The notes: generated from the sequence alone by a model not told the origin. Numbered from the stretch's first letter, positions 1 to 11,700 are shown. The stretch: 64,000 nt of DNA from Octopus sinensis (GCF_006345805.1 NC_042998.1:5084001-5148000); one strand, 5' to 3'. Translations and numbers: made by a program.

Positions 1-115
1 TGGTCATCTATTCTTTCGGGGTTGATAAAATACGTACCAGTTAACTACTGAGCTTGATGTGATAACCTTCCCCATCTCATTTAAAATCCATGGCTTTATG
101 CCAATATTTCAAGCT
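1..115 (+). mobile_element. Diverged partial copy of SINE family C (Nin/Deu-like core plus tail)
   Basis: ttctttcggggttgataaaatacgtaccagtt resembles the core cctttcggggtcgataaattaagtacca of the copies at 2348 and 29510. Confidence 0.6.
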
Positions 116-301
116 TATATATCAGTGAGGAGCCCTTTACTCGATTGCCAAGTATGGCAGGAGTAACCATTAATTTTTCATCATATTAAATCCTGCCGCC
201 ATGGGAATCAGAAAATTTCTTATATCAGGAAAGTCATAGTTGGAACGCTTTTAATCATGTACACAGTGGATCAGGGACCAAACATCAATGGCAGCATATT
301 T

Positions 302-365
302 AAGGCGGTGCTTCAGCATGGCCGCAGTCAAATGAGTGAAACAAATAAAAGGATAGAAGAATAAA
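302..365 (+). mobile_element. 3' end fragment of SINE family A
   Basis: aaggcggtgcttcagcatggccgcagtcaaatgagtgaaacaaataaaag matches the 3' end of the full copies at 467 and 55101. Confidence 0.75.
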
Positions 366-466
366 AAATGATATATTACAGATAAACTCAGCCTCCACAT
401 GGGAAATATTCAGGCATAAAAACAAGAACAGGAGAGAAAGTGAAAAAAAAAGGCATGATTAAAAAA

Positions 467-628
467 GGCGCTGGAGTGGCTGTGTGGTAAGTAGCTTGCT
501 AACCAACCACATGGTTTCGGGTTCAGTCCCACTGCGTGGCCTCTTCGGAAAATGTCTTCTATAGCCCCGGGCCGACCAATGACTTGTGAGTGGATTTGGT
601 AGAGGGAAACTGAAAGAAGCCCGTCGTA

Positions 629-684
<56 letters not shown>

Positions 685-901
685 TGTGTGTGTGTTTGTG
701 TCTGTGTTTGTCCCCCTAGTATTGATTGACAACCGATGCTGGTGTGTTTATGTCCCCGTTACTTAGCGGTTCGGCAAAAGAGACCGATAGAATAAGTACT
801 GGGCTTACAAAAGAATAATTCCCCGGGTCGAGTTGGCGGTGCTCCAGCATGGCCGCAGTCAACTGACTGAAACAAGTAAAAGAGTAAAGAGAGAGAGAGT
901 A
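467..901 (+). mobile_element. tRNA-derived SINE family A, near full length, with internal (TA)n(TG)n
   Basis: Head has A-box-like tggctgtgtggtaa and B-box-like gggttcagtccc, an internal microsatellite at ~626-700 and an A-rich (gtaaaaga) tail. At least five other near-full-length copies occur in the window. Confidence 0.9.
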
Positions 902-1000
902 TTAAGGAGATGTAAATATGCACATGACCATAAAAGCTTGGAATAAATGTCAATGGAGACGGATTTAGCAAGTCATTAGCGGTCTATATACCGAAACCGT

Positions 1001-1380
1001 GGAGTCGCAATGGCCCAGCGGTTAGGGCAGCGGACTCGCGGTCATAGGATTGTGGCTTCGATTCCCAGACCGGGCGTTGTGAGTGTTTATTGAGCGAAAA
1101 CACCTAAAGCTCCACGAGGCTCCGGCAGGGGATGGTGGTGATCCCTGCTGTACTCTTTCACCACAACTTTCTCTCAATCTTACTTCCTGTTTCTGTTGTA
1201 CCTGTATTTCAAAGGGCCGGCCTTGTCACTCTCTGTGTCACGCTGAATATCCCCGAGAACTACGTTAAGGGTACACGTGTCTGTGGAGTGCTCAGCCATT
1301 TACACGTTAATTTCAAGAGCAGGCTGTTCCGTTGATTCGGATCAACCGGAACCCTCGTCGTCATAACCGACGGAGTGCTA
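1001..1380 (+). mobile_element. tRNA-derived SINE family B (head/core B, tail T1)
   Basis: tRNA-like head (tggcccagcggttagggcagcggac...gcttcgattccc). The core is shared with 5661-5892 and 28700-29005. Flanking direct repeat taccgaaac at 989-997 and 1388-1396. Confidence 0.88.
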
Positions 1381-2139
1381 TCTAATGTACCGAAACAATT
1401 CAAACTTCGGAAACTAGTTGAAAAATTTAAATCAATGCAAACAAACAAATAAATAAAATGAAGATTATGCAGCGAGCATTGGGAGAGAATTGACCACTTT
1501 GTTTCGCGTTAACTTGTCCTTACCTATCTCAAAGTATACGCAAAGTAGATAAGTTATATTGTTTGGTCAATGCGAAGCAAAAACATTCTGTCGGATGCAG
1601 CGACCAGTAAACACTGGGCTGTGACTGCGCAAACAAAATGGAATATCAGACTAAACCATCGATACATTAAAAACTGAATATGAAAGAATTCTAATATATC
1701 TCTATAGAAATTTTGTCTGGAAAAACATTGCTCTTTAGGAGACTGAGATGTTTCTCACAAATGTATGAAGTATATGGAGCGGATAAATTTTAAAATTTGT
1801 TCTCATTTTATTTCCGCAAATATAGATAGTTCACCATAAAAAAGAACACACGTAAAACTGCAGGCAGCTTACATCTATACATTCAACACAATATAGTATT
1901 CTTAGGCACAGCATTATAACCTAGAATGTTTTGAAATTTAACTGAAAACACGACGGAAGATATTACACAAAATAACAACAGTGGAAGAAATTAAATTATA
2001 TGAAGATATATTTTATAAAGAAAAAAGCAATGTGATTTTAACTTATTTAAAACTGTGAATAACAACAACGACGACAGCGATGATGACGATGATTACGATG
2101 GCGACCACGGCAACAATAACAACAACAATATTAATAATA

Positions 2140-2290
2140 AGTTTTCATATTATAGACACAGGACCTGAAATTTTGTGTGGAGGAGCAACAAGATTATATT
2201 GACCCTAGTACTCGAGCGATATTGATTTCATCGTCCCCGAACGGATGAAAGATAAAGTCGAATTCTGTGAAATTTGAACGTAAAGACGTA
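2140..2290 (-). mobile_element. Diverged SINE family C copy
   Basis: cccgaacggatgaaagataaagtcga...aatttgaacg core plus a gacacaggacctgaaattttg tail. Confidence 0.7.
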
Positions 2291-2347
2291 ATAATAATGT
2301 TACCAACTCATTAACTTGCGGCATGACGAAAATGAATTTTTAAATAT

Positions 2348-2582
2348 ATTTCTTTACTACCCACAAGGGGCTAAACATAGAGGGGACAATCAAGGACAGT
2401 CAAACGGATTAAGTCGATTATATCGACCCCAGTGCGTAATTGGTACTTAATTTATCGACCCCGAAAGGATGAAAGGCAAAGTCGACCTCGGCGGAATTTG
2501 AACTCGCGACGTAACAGCAGACGAAATACGGCTACGCATTTCGCCCGGCGTGCTAACGTTTCTGCCAGCTCACCTCCTTCAT
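2348..2582 (-). mobile_element. SINE family C (tRNA head, Nin/Deu-like core, tail C1), full length with 20-bp TSD
   Basis: Minus strand reads gagctggcagaaacgttagc...gagttcaaattccgccgaggtcgactttgcctttcatcctttcggggtcgataaa. TSD gaaaatgaatttttaaatat at 2328-2347 and 2583-2602. Confidence 0.92.
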
Positions 2583-2681
2583 GAAAATGAATTTTTAAAT
2601 ATCCCATAAACAGGCGAGCGTGTGTAGATGAAATGGCATAAATAAAAAAAATATATGGAGAACGCACTCAAACGTGAGTGA

Positions 2682-3299
2682 ATTGGCCTGAGGGGTCACA
2701 TAAGAGCCTTCTGCCCTCCCCCAGGGAAAGAAATGGATTCCGAACCACACAGAGAGAAGCAGAAACCAGAGGAGAAGGAGACAGTAGAAGAGGAAGAGAA
2801 TACACAGAAATGGAAGGAAGCTGGAAATAAGAGGAAGAGAAGAATACGAAGAAAAGAAAATAACATGGAACACCAATCCACCCCAAAACCACCCACACCC
2901 TCTGAGTCCCACCCTATTCCTGCAGACAGTGAACCCACCCGCTCCCCCCCCCCAACAAGAAAACAAAAGAAAAATAATAATACACACACACAAGAGATTG
3001 AATTCGATATCAGGCCGTACATTTGTACTATGACTGAACAGAAAGAAGTTAAAAGTCTAATGGAAGAGTATAAATGGTATGAAGTTGGTGAGACTAGGTA
3101 TGCTGTGATTGAAAAGAAGAACATAGATGAGTTTATGGTGAGGTGTGAAAGGGAGAATTGGGAGGTGAAGGATATAAGAATGAGCGATGAATTCGTGGAA
3201 AATATGGATGAGTATTTCGGAGTAAGAATGGATATGGAATTTATTCGTATTGGCAAAGAACATTCAAGTGACGATGAAAAACAAAGGACAGGTAAGTGA
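2682..3299 (+). CDS. Truncated ORF1/gag-like protein: C-terminal half of a CCHC zinc knuckle, charged/basic linker, C-terminal domain
   Basis: In frame upstream of the ATG at 2733 the sequence reads IGLRGHIRAFCPPPGKEM, matching CFLCGIRGHMKARRCP in the 5972 ORF. Confidence 0.7.
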   Translation: MGLRGHIRAFCPPPGKEMDSEPHREKQKPEEKETVEEEENTQKWKEAGNKRKRRIRRKENNMEHQSTPKPPTPSESHPIPADSEPTRSPPPTRKQKKNNNTHTQEIEFDIRPYICTMTEQKEVKSLMEEYKWYEVGETRYAVIEKKNIDEFMVRCERENWEVKDIRMSDEFVENMDEYFGVRMDMEFIRIGKEHSSDDEKQRTGK

Positions 3300-3451
3300 T
3301 GCTAACGGATGGGGCCGTTGGTATCGCTTTCATACTATCATTTTCTTTCACTTAACAATTCATTTTTCATAAATTTTAATTATAATGTTCTATGTCCCCA
3401 TGTCTTTTGGTGTCCCCCTCTGTGTCGCCCCTAGTGGGTAATAAAGAATCA
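2682..3451 (+). mobile_element. 5'-truncated ORF1-only (HAL1-like) retroposon with 14-bp TSD
   Basis: TSD tcaaacgtgagtga at 2668-2681 and 3452-3465. The reading frame is open from 2682 to the stop at 3299, followed by a ~150-nt 3' UTR ending in aataaagaatc. No ORF2 is present. Confidence 0.8.
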
Positions 3452-3469
3452 TCAAACGTGAGTGAGGAT

Positions 3470-4450
3470 CCTTCATTTGGGCTTCGTTAAAGTACCTCAC
3501 AAATGTGAATATATTTAGCACAGTGAACAAGATCATTTCCTCTACTTATCATGAGGTTATACAACTGGTGATTCCCTAGAAGCTGTAAATTCTGCTGTGG
3601 TGCGTTTTCTCTATTACCTTATTAGGATGGTTCTAATGGGTTTCGAGACACCTACTGCAGCTTAATGTTGCATGTTTCACAGAAAGGCATTCTTAACTGT
3701 AACACTAATCTTTACTACAACACCAATTATTTTCTATTTCTACTCAGCATGTAACATTCCAGCTTGATTGCTTATTCTTCTTCAGGAGAAATGAGAAGTT
3801 GCAGGTTCCTAGAAACTTGTGCCGACCACATGAAATTTTATGTCACATCAGCGCACATCCACTGCTCGTCCTTTGCTGTGAAGGTTACTTTCATATCAAA
3901 CGATATCTTACATCGTCTGTTCCTTTGAGAGACTTTGAAAATCCACCCCACCAGGACTTAGCGAAACGCTAGAATGGCACATTCCTCCTTACTTGCTCTA
4001 AGGTAAATACTTCATTCCTTTGAGACCAGCTGCTATCATGATGTATGGTTTTGCCACTGCTCCCCGATCTACTTTTTTTCCCAAAACAAAAACAAAAGAA
4101 TATTGCTCTTCTCAGACTATCCTATACTAAGACTATTGCTTGTAATGTCGCCCAAGTTTTTCATAGAGTCTCAGACCAAGCCAAGCGACAAGCAAATTAA
4201 CAGGTGAGACATTCCAGGACTTTAGCCAGCAGCTTCGAATTGCTTCTCCGCATCTCCAAGTTTTGGCGCATTAATCTTTTGAGTCTGTAATGACTCAGGA
4301 ACGTGTGAGCTATTGAGACTTACTTAATATCCGATATAATTACAGTAACGTCATCCACCCATAACAACGCGGGTCTTCCGTATCTAAGTTACAACTGGTG
4401 ACACGTCAAACCCTTCAATTACCAAGGTACTGCCTGCAGAGTCACTGCAT
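3470..4450 (-). pseudogene. Highly degraded non-LTR reverse transcriptase remnant
   Basis: Minus strand at ~4330-4375 reads RPALLWVDDVTVIISD, an RT catalytic DD-type motif. The rest is broken by stops, so the extent is uncertain. Confidence 0.35.
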
Positions 4451-4539
4451 ACTGAAGAGTTGAGTCTGGGTCTACGGAAATCACATGTAACTGGTCAATA
4501 TGTTCTTTCATTCACTAAATTACTAGACACGTTGTTCGA

Positions 4540-4918
4540 AGTCTTGATATTAGATTATACCCAACTGTTATATCCTTACCTATATTTTCGTATATTTTTT
4601 GTTGTCATTCTTGTTGTTTGTATTAATAATCGCGTAACATTTTCTCCGTTTTCTCGTTTTTTTTTTTGTCGTCGTGTTGTCGCCCATATTCGCTCGCTTT
4701 CGTCCAAAAATTTAATGTCTTCAGCTTAGATTTTTGGGACCTACCAATTTTGAACAGTCTAAGTGTAACAAGCCGAAACTGTAACGATGATTGGAAGCTT
4801 GACAGAGGAATAGACAACCACGGATGTTCCATCCTAGTTTTCCTGTCCGTCTTTGTATCGTCCATCTGTCCGTATGTTTTTATTGTCGCGGTTACGTTCT
4901 TGTTCCGTTTTTTGAATT
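4540..4918 (+). mobile_element. Penelope-type non-coding repeat fragment
   Basis: Homologous to both arms of the element at 61170-62010 (taacaagccgaaac...gtatcgtccatctgtccgtatgtttt...cgttcttgttcc). Ends at a (TA)n tract. Confidence 0.6.
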
Positions 4919-4974
4919 TATATATATATATATATATTGTTGTTCTTGTTGTTATTTAGGTGGCTTTTTCACAA

Positions 4975-5086
4975 TTTACAACCAAAAGGCACAAGTATAG
5001 ATGTCACTAAGATGATTAATAATGCTACTGAGCACTATTACCTCCAGTCACTTTAGTGAAGTCTATACCTGTGCCTTTTGTATAAA
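4975..5086. repeat. Short inverted repeat / MITE-like hairpin
   Basis: aaaaggcacaagtatagatgtcactaag pairs with tttagtgaagtctatacctgtgcctttt. Confidence 0.75.
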
Positions 5087-5092
5087 TATATA

Positions 5093-5501
5093 TTATATAT
5101 AACTTGGTTTAAGAAGAGACAAAAAGTTAGATACTCATTCTATAGTTATGATTTACATCAGTATAAAATATAAATATAAAATTAAAGCAAGACAAGGAAC
5201 ATATTTATATATCGTTGAGAAAAGAAATGATAATTATATGAGGCAAAGGTATACGTGAAAAGGATAAATATATAAAGTTTGATATATTCTTCGGAACTCC
5301 TCTAAGTTGTTAAACTCATGATTAGGATTTCTTACTACCGCCGATGTATCTGACAACTTTTCGTCCTTAAATTTAACTCATGTAATTCTTATGTTCCTTG
5401 TCTTGCTGTAATTTTATGTTATATGTATTTATTATGTTGATGTAGATCATAACTATAGAATGGTTATCTAAATTTTTGTCTCTTAAAACCAAATTGTATA
5501 A
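5093..5501. repeat. Fold-back element with ~110-bp imperfect inverted arms
   Basis: ttggtttaagaagagacaaaaagttagatactcattctatagttatgatttacatca...gcaagacaaggaacat is mirrored by atgttccttgtcttgc...tgatgtagatcataactatagaatggttatctaaatttttgtctcttaaaaccaa. Confidence 0.8.
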
Positions 5502-5660
5502 TGTCTAATGTCTCGGGTTCGACCTGAGCACTTCTAAGCAATTGTTTAAAAAGAAACTTTTTCGAAAAAAATTCATGTGTGTGTGCGTGTGTGTGTAAAT
5601 TGTATAAATTAATATTTACACTTTCTGGACGTGCTCATCAATTATAGTATAGTTCCCAAT

Positions 5661-5892
5661 ATCACCGTGATCACCGTGGCCGACCAGGCTATCAGATGTT
5701 GCTACACATCGCTGGTCACAATGCACTTCACATTGTTTTAGCTTTCAAATGACGCCACCCCGCTGGCTAAGCGAGCAGGCCAACAGAAGAAAGAGTGAGA
5801 GAAAGTTGTGGCGAAAGAGTACGGCAGGGATCACCACCACCCTCTGCCGGAGCCTCGTGGAACTTTAGGTGTTTTCGCTCAATAAACACACA
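5661..5892 (-). mobile_element. 5'-truncated SINE family B (core B, tail T2)
   Basis: Core matches 1083-1180, but the tail is unrelated and ends in a (cacggtgat)2-like repeat. Confidence 0.85.
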
Positions 5893-7060
5893 TCAACTGC
5901 AACATTCACTCAACTCAGAGGTAGACACTGAGATAATAGAAATATCCAGAACAACAAAGGTGAACCAATAAGTGTATGGGCTGGATGTTCTGGTCCATAT
6001 AAGTCTGCCAGAACTCCATACGATTGCGGAGGAACTGATACTGCCGAACGAAGAAAGGCTGAAGATAGTGGTGGAAGGAAGACTATCTGTATGTTGTTTT
6101 CTTTGCGGAATAAGGGGACACATGAAAGCAAGGAGGTGTCCGCAGCAACAAGAAAAGGAAGTAGAACAAGAGAAGCAGGAAGAAAAAAAAGGAACAAAGT
6201 GCAGAGGTACAAACGCAAGTAAACGAAAATATAGAAAATGTAGGAGAAAGGTACAGAGTTGGAAAAAGAATGAAGAAAAGAGAAGGAAATGGTAATTCAC
6301 CACCCAAAAGTCCACAGAAAAAGTGAAAAGAAAATATAGAGGAGAATCAATGCGAAAGACCAGAGATACCAAAAAAAGAAAATTACGGAGGAGGAAGAGG
6401 GAAGTGCGGAGAAAGGAAAGGAAGAGAGACAGCGGCAACAAGGAGATATGAGATATACAGAGAGGGATGTGAGACCAATACCAGGAACATCAGGAGAGAA
6501 TAACGATGGAAAATTGGAATTGGTAACAAAAGGAAAACACAGTCGAACGATGGTAAACTATAAAAAGAGTGTAAAGATCGAGAGAAAGATTACAAAAGTG
6601 AAAAATGCAATTAGAATCAAGTTATGAGAGAGGGAAAATACGGAGAAAGACAGGGCGGTCGTGGTCGAGAGGGACAGATATGAAAGGTTAAAAGAGCTAT
6701 TTGGGGAACAAATTGAAATACCGCCGTTACAGGTTCGATACGACGAGATGCCAGCAGTGGTGGCATTTGAAGATATAATACAATATGCACCATGAAAGTA
6801 AGTGAAACACTTAAAATAATGACTTTTAAAACAAAAAAAAAAACAATGTAAAATAAGAATAATGAACTGTAATGTTAATATGTGAGACAAAAACAGTAAA
6901 ATGGAACCACTTGCTTTGTGGGGTAGGAAAGCCATTTCATTCTCATTTTCATTACACCCATAATTCATTCGATATGTGTTTTATGTACCCCAATGTATTG
7001 CTTTCTCTGTTTTGTTTTCGTCCTTTCTATATTGAGGCCTTGTGCCTAATAAAAGAAATC
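5893..7060 (+). mobile_element. Degraded ORF1-only (HAL1/Tx1-ORF1-like) retroposon
   Basis: LKIVVEGRLSVCCFLCGIRGHMKARRC zinc knuckle, then frameshifted K/E/R-rich coding sequence to a stop at ~6775, then a 3' UTR ending gaggccttgtgcctaataaaagaaatc. No ORF2. Confidence 0.7.
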
Positions 7061-9054
7061 AGAAGTCGCAGGAGTCGTGGGAGTCGTTGAGATCGTTGAG
7101 AATTTGTATTTATTGGAGTAATTTGAAGTACGTTGCCTAAAGACAGTTAAGTTTATCTCCGTTTTGTGAAATCTGTATATAAATGTTAAAGAAAAATAAT
7201 AAATAAAAATGTAAAAAGAGTGTATATTATGAAATAGGAAACTAGCATAAACGATTTACACAAAGAGGTGGCTCCACCTAAAATAGTGATTTATCTTGAG
7301 TAGAAAAGATGATTTTAAGTGGTGAGCTAAATGAAATTGTACGTAGAGGGCAAATGCTTATGATATATTTGTCTAAATGCATCATATCTGACATATTTCG
7401 TTGTATTCTGAAAGAAACTCTATATAGAAATAAATGTTAGCAGAAATTTGAACTAATATGACAGTTACTTTTTTATGCCTTCAAGAAAAAAATAATTTAC
7501 TCTGGATATAAAAAAAACGAAAGCATGAATTATTTTGTAAAATTACTTTACAGAAATGTGAAATCCATGCGTATATTGTATATGAAGTGATAGTGAGAAA
7601 ATGTCAGACAGTATCGTAGGATTATGGGACATGATTCAGACGAAATACGACACATTTAAGAATATTACGTCTGAGGCGTATTAGACGTAATATCAATCAT
7701 TTAAACTTCTTCAGTTAATGTTGAATTATTGATACAAGGATTTTTAAAAATTTACTAGAAACGACTATGTCATGGCTGAAAATAATAATTAATTGATGGC
7801 TCCTATTATTTTCTTTTAGAAAGGACTTGTGAGATCTAAATATACGCTTCTTATATTTTATTATAACCTCCTCAGTGAAGCCAGAGCTTCACTACATTTA
7901 CCAATTAAAGAATCCCTGTCTAAATGGAGAATAAATTGCATTTATTGTCGTTCAGAAAAATAATTATTTAGTATATTAAAAAATCTCAAAGATGCTGATG
8001 TTACTTGACGCAGGGAAAATATAAAAAGAGCTAAATGTAAATGATCGTATTTTTTCCCACTATATTTGTTTATACGTCACTTTTTATGTCGTTAAAAAAA
8101 TAGAAACATGTCTGGAGTCCAGAGTAATTTACTGAAATGTCTCACCTAATTAAAATTATATTATTCATTGATTATAATTGTTTTATACTCGCCACATAAT
8201 TATTTCTATTTAGATTTTCTAGTTCTTTTCTGAAATAAATATGTCAATACTAACTTTAGTTTTATGCTTCATGCGAATGACATTCTCTAGTTAGTTATTC
8301 ATTTAAATGTGTTGTTTTGAATATATAATCGCTGGATAATTAGTAGCATTAAGAAAGCAGGATTCATACCTTTTAGCAAGCAATCTGGGTGGATATAAGA
8401 TAAGCGGCTTGCTAATCTTGGTTGCTTCCTCAGTATCCTTGTAGATAAGGAGAATAGATTACTGAATATTTAGCGAAGATGTTACCTTCATACAGAAAAG
8501 ATATCAAGGCCAACTGCGGAATATTGATATTGCAGACAAAACTATTTAGTAATAGTTAGAAATCTATCAATATAACATCTGCAAAGCATCATGTGTTGTT
8601 TTCCTGTCTTTTCTTATATGTTTTCACTGTTACTGATGGCTTTTAAGAACCTGGTTTAGTAGGAAAAGCTAAAAATGCATACCTAAAAAGTCAAACGGAA
8701 GTTGACTCAATAGATGCATATTTCCGAAAACAGTTTGAAAACTGAAGCAAACGTTATTGGTGTTGTATTTACATATATGCGTATCCTTTATCATTGTTCC
8801 ACATTCTTTACTTTTTAACTATTAATGATGAATGTCAAAGTTTCATCCAGCACACAATGAAGTATAACTGGTGAATCAGTTAGATATCTTCATGCAAATA
8901 TTTATTGTAATGTAACGAAATTAGTGACGTCGTCTTTTAGAGAACGTTGCGTCATATCGTAATAGAACCAACATAATTCAACAGGGAGTACCGTACGAAA
9001 CCTGCATTACATTGGCTGCTTTCAATACCTAGGAGTCATTTTAGTTAATACTTA

Positions 9055-9195
9055 GGAGTATTTCGTACGTCTCTACGTTCTGAGTTCAAATTCCGCTGAG
9101 GTCGACTTTGCCTTACATCCAAATATTGAAGTCGATGCAATAGATTTATCCCTCCCATAAAATGTCAGGTCTTGCGCCTCTAATAGAAATAAGTA
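9055..9195 (+). mobile_element. Diverged, internally deleted SINE family C copy
   Basis: tacgttctgagttcaaattccgctgaggtcgactttgccttacatcc...aggtcttgcgcctctaatagaaa. Confidence 0.8.
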
Positions 9196-9217
9196 TTACA
9201 TCTACTTCTAGGTTGTT

Positions 9218-9320
9218 GACTTGACTTTATATTCGCTTGTAAATGATTATGCCATACCTCCAAGGAATTAATTGTTCGTGGTAAATCATAGCATATGCGG
9301 TCATATACGTTCCACATACT
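9218..9320 (-). repeat. Ectopic ~100-bp copy of MULE transposase sequence
   Basis: Near-identical to 10230-10330. Confidence 0.85.
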
Positions 9321-9608
9321 ACATGCAAGTCAACTCTCTCACCATCAAGATGAAGTAATTAAATCCCTAGTAGAATTTGTATCTTTCTGACCTTCACTAA
9401 GTTGATAACCTTATTCTCATAGCACAGCAAATTGTGAGCGGGAAGACTTGTTAATTTCTTTTGCGAATACTGTAACCAAGCTCCTCTTGTCCGTCATAGT
9501 AAAGTAGGTTGACTACCTGACCATTAATGAGAATTCAAAGTATCTACTACTTTGCTATAAGGACGGTGCACAACACAAGGAGCTCGTGTGTTCTTGGCAT
9601 TAAGAAAC

Positions 9609-10654
9609 GGTATCCGGACAACTGTCCGACTGATGGTCGAGTGCCTGACGGTCAAATGCCCGTCGGACAATTGCCCAACTGTCAACTGCAAGATGGAGAA
9701 ATGCGCGACAAACACAACTGCCAGAATGACAACTGCCCGATAATTTTAAAGTAAATTGAAACTAAAATATAAAAATATTAAAATTAACTAAACCGAAATT
9801 ATAATAAACGCCTTTGTCAAAATGTAACATTTAAAAAGATAATACATTTTTTCAACGGTAAATTATAAGTACAAAACATAGAATTTGTTTTATTTGGGGA
9901 AACCGAGGTAGAACTTTAACAACAAAAAAAAAGAAAATGCATTGAATTTCATAATATTATTTACAGATAATTTATCAATATCACGAACAATAATGTAATT
10001 CGGAAAATAGTAAAAATAACTAAAACTTTAAGTCGAGCTATTTCCCTCAAAAAGTCCATCACTTCTCGATTTTCATAATCCTCCACAATATTTGCAATTC
10101 TTTTCATTAAATCTTGATATTTTTTTTCCTTTTGGGGTGAAGGCTGATGTCCTGTCAACGTTTGGTTGGTCGTGTCGTTAAGTGCTTGTTCCGTCTTCAA
10201 TGCCTGGAGAAAACGCCAGATATTTGGATGACTTGACGTTATATTCGCTTGTAAATGGTTAGGCCATACCTCCAAGGGATTAATTGTTCGTGGTAAATCA
10301 TAGCATATGCGATCATATACGTTCCACATACAAATAGGAAAGCATTGGTTGCCTCTCTTACGCCTCGTATTCTACAGATATAAGCATCTTCAAAGTAATC
10401 AATGATTGGATCTGCTTCATGGCACAAATTTTCTTATTATTGCTCAAAGATTCGCCCAAATGACAGATAAAGTGAGATGAAAGACAGATACAGATGAAGT
10501 GAAAGTGTCTGTCAGGCAGATATCTATCGGTAAGTTGTCCCTATCGCACAGATCTGTGTCAGACAGTTGTCCGTCGCGCTTATGTCCGCCGGGCAGTTGT
10601 CCATCGGGGAAATGTCCGTCGGACAAATACTCGTCGAGCAGTTGACCTAGAACC
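9609..10654 (-). mobile_element. Mutator-like (MULE) DNA transposon, internally deleted, 9-bp TSD
   Basis: TSD ttaagaaac at 9600-9608 and 10655-10663. GG...CC termini and inverted subterminal arrays of (g)gacaa(c/t)tg(t/c)cc motifs. Confidence 0.9.
9961..10427 (-). pseudogene. MULE transposase C-terminal fragment, frameshifted
   Basis: IIDYFEDAYI, WNVYDR..DLPRTINPLEVW and SSHPNIWRFLQALKTEQ correspond to MULE YF..TW / RTNNxxEGW / HPNIWxF motifs. Confidence 0.85.
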
Positions 10655-11399
10655 TTAAGAAACACTTCACGGAACGCATGGATTAAGCTTGCAATGTCTA
10701 TAACGATTTTCACAATATCTGGTGGTCAAAACTTTCAAAGTCAAAGTGGCTGGCCCTCTTTAAGTCGTGTGTAGACATCATTCTTTATAGAGCCGAAACT
10801 TTGACAATGAAGAATGAACTTCAATATCACCTTGATGTTACACGCATGACATTTCACGTAAGGGCTCAAAGAATCTTATGGTATAAGAAGAAAATCGATT
10901 ATATTCAGGGATGCAAACTTCCTATCTCTACTATTTCTACTCAAAACATGGTACGCCTTACTTACCACTGCTTTCGCACTGAATCGCAAATCATATCGTA
11001 TTTCAGTTATTGAAACTTTCACATCCTAACAGAGGAACAAGTGTACTTAGCAGCGTTGATCTTATTGTTCAAATCACACAACATGAATTGGTGAACCTCT
11101 TTAAGCGGGCAGAAATTTCTGAGACAGCATGTTGAAACGCACTTCAACTGCTGTCCCTTGAAGGGGAGTCTTTTCCCCGTCGTTTAAATTTTAACAGGAG
11201 AACAATCGCAGATTTAATGTAGGAAGACGTCAACTAGAATAGATTTATAAAGTTCCTGACCTCCTAGTAATAGCAGCTACATATCCAACAAACAATACCC
11301 TACAGTCTTGTTTTTGAATAATTGTATATACACTGAATAATATTTCCAAACTAATGGTTTCTTGAAAGGTATCTGCCGTATTATGCCTTGTCAATCAGG

Positions 11400-11700
11400 G
11401 CTGATTAACATGCGGTTAAAGAAGAATAGGAACAACAACAATAAGTTAAGAATATCAAACATCACCGGCCTTATCTCACGAACGTAGATACAGTCTAGTC
11501 GGAATCTATAAAAATAATGTGTAACAAATCCTAGCCTGAGTCTTATATTTGAAACAAGAATAATATTACTCTCCGATTTTGATGCAATGTCACCAAAACA
11601 GCACATATACAGGCACAATGAAGATATTTCAAGCGCTGCAAGGCTCGACCACAAAAGTATTGAATCTTTTCTAATATGTTTTCTATTCTTATTTCGCTAA
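11400..11700 (+). pseudogene. Possible L1/Tx1-like RT remnant
   Basis: VKNIKHHRPYLTNVDT resembles the YRPISLxNxDxK motif; heavily decayed. Confidence 0.35.

Noticed and set aside
759-971. Recurrent ORFs containing FYLFQSFDCGHAGAPP or SFRLPNPLTR (also at 37968, 41224, 47219, 55093, 58303)
   Set aside because: Antisense readings of SINE family A, not a gene family.
1001-1075. tRNA-like sequences at SINE 5' ends
   Set aside because: The cloverleafs are imperfect and continue into SINE bodies, so they are not tRNA genes.
10664-11230. IKLAMSITIFTISGGQNF, faintly like a PIF1 helicase motif
   Set aside because: A single weak motif with no supporting neighbouring motifs.
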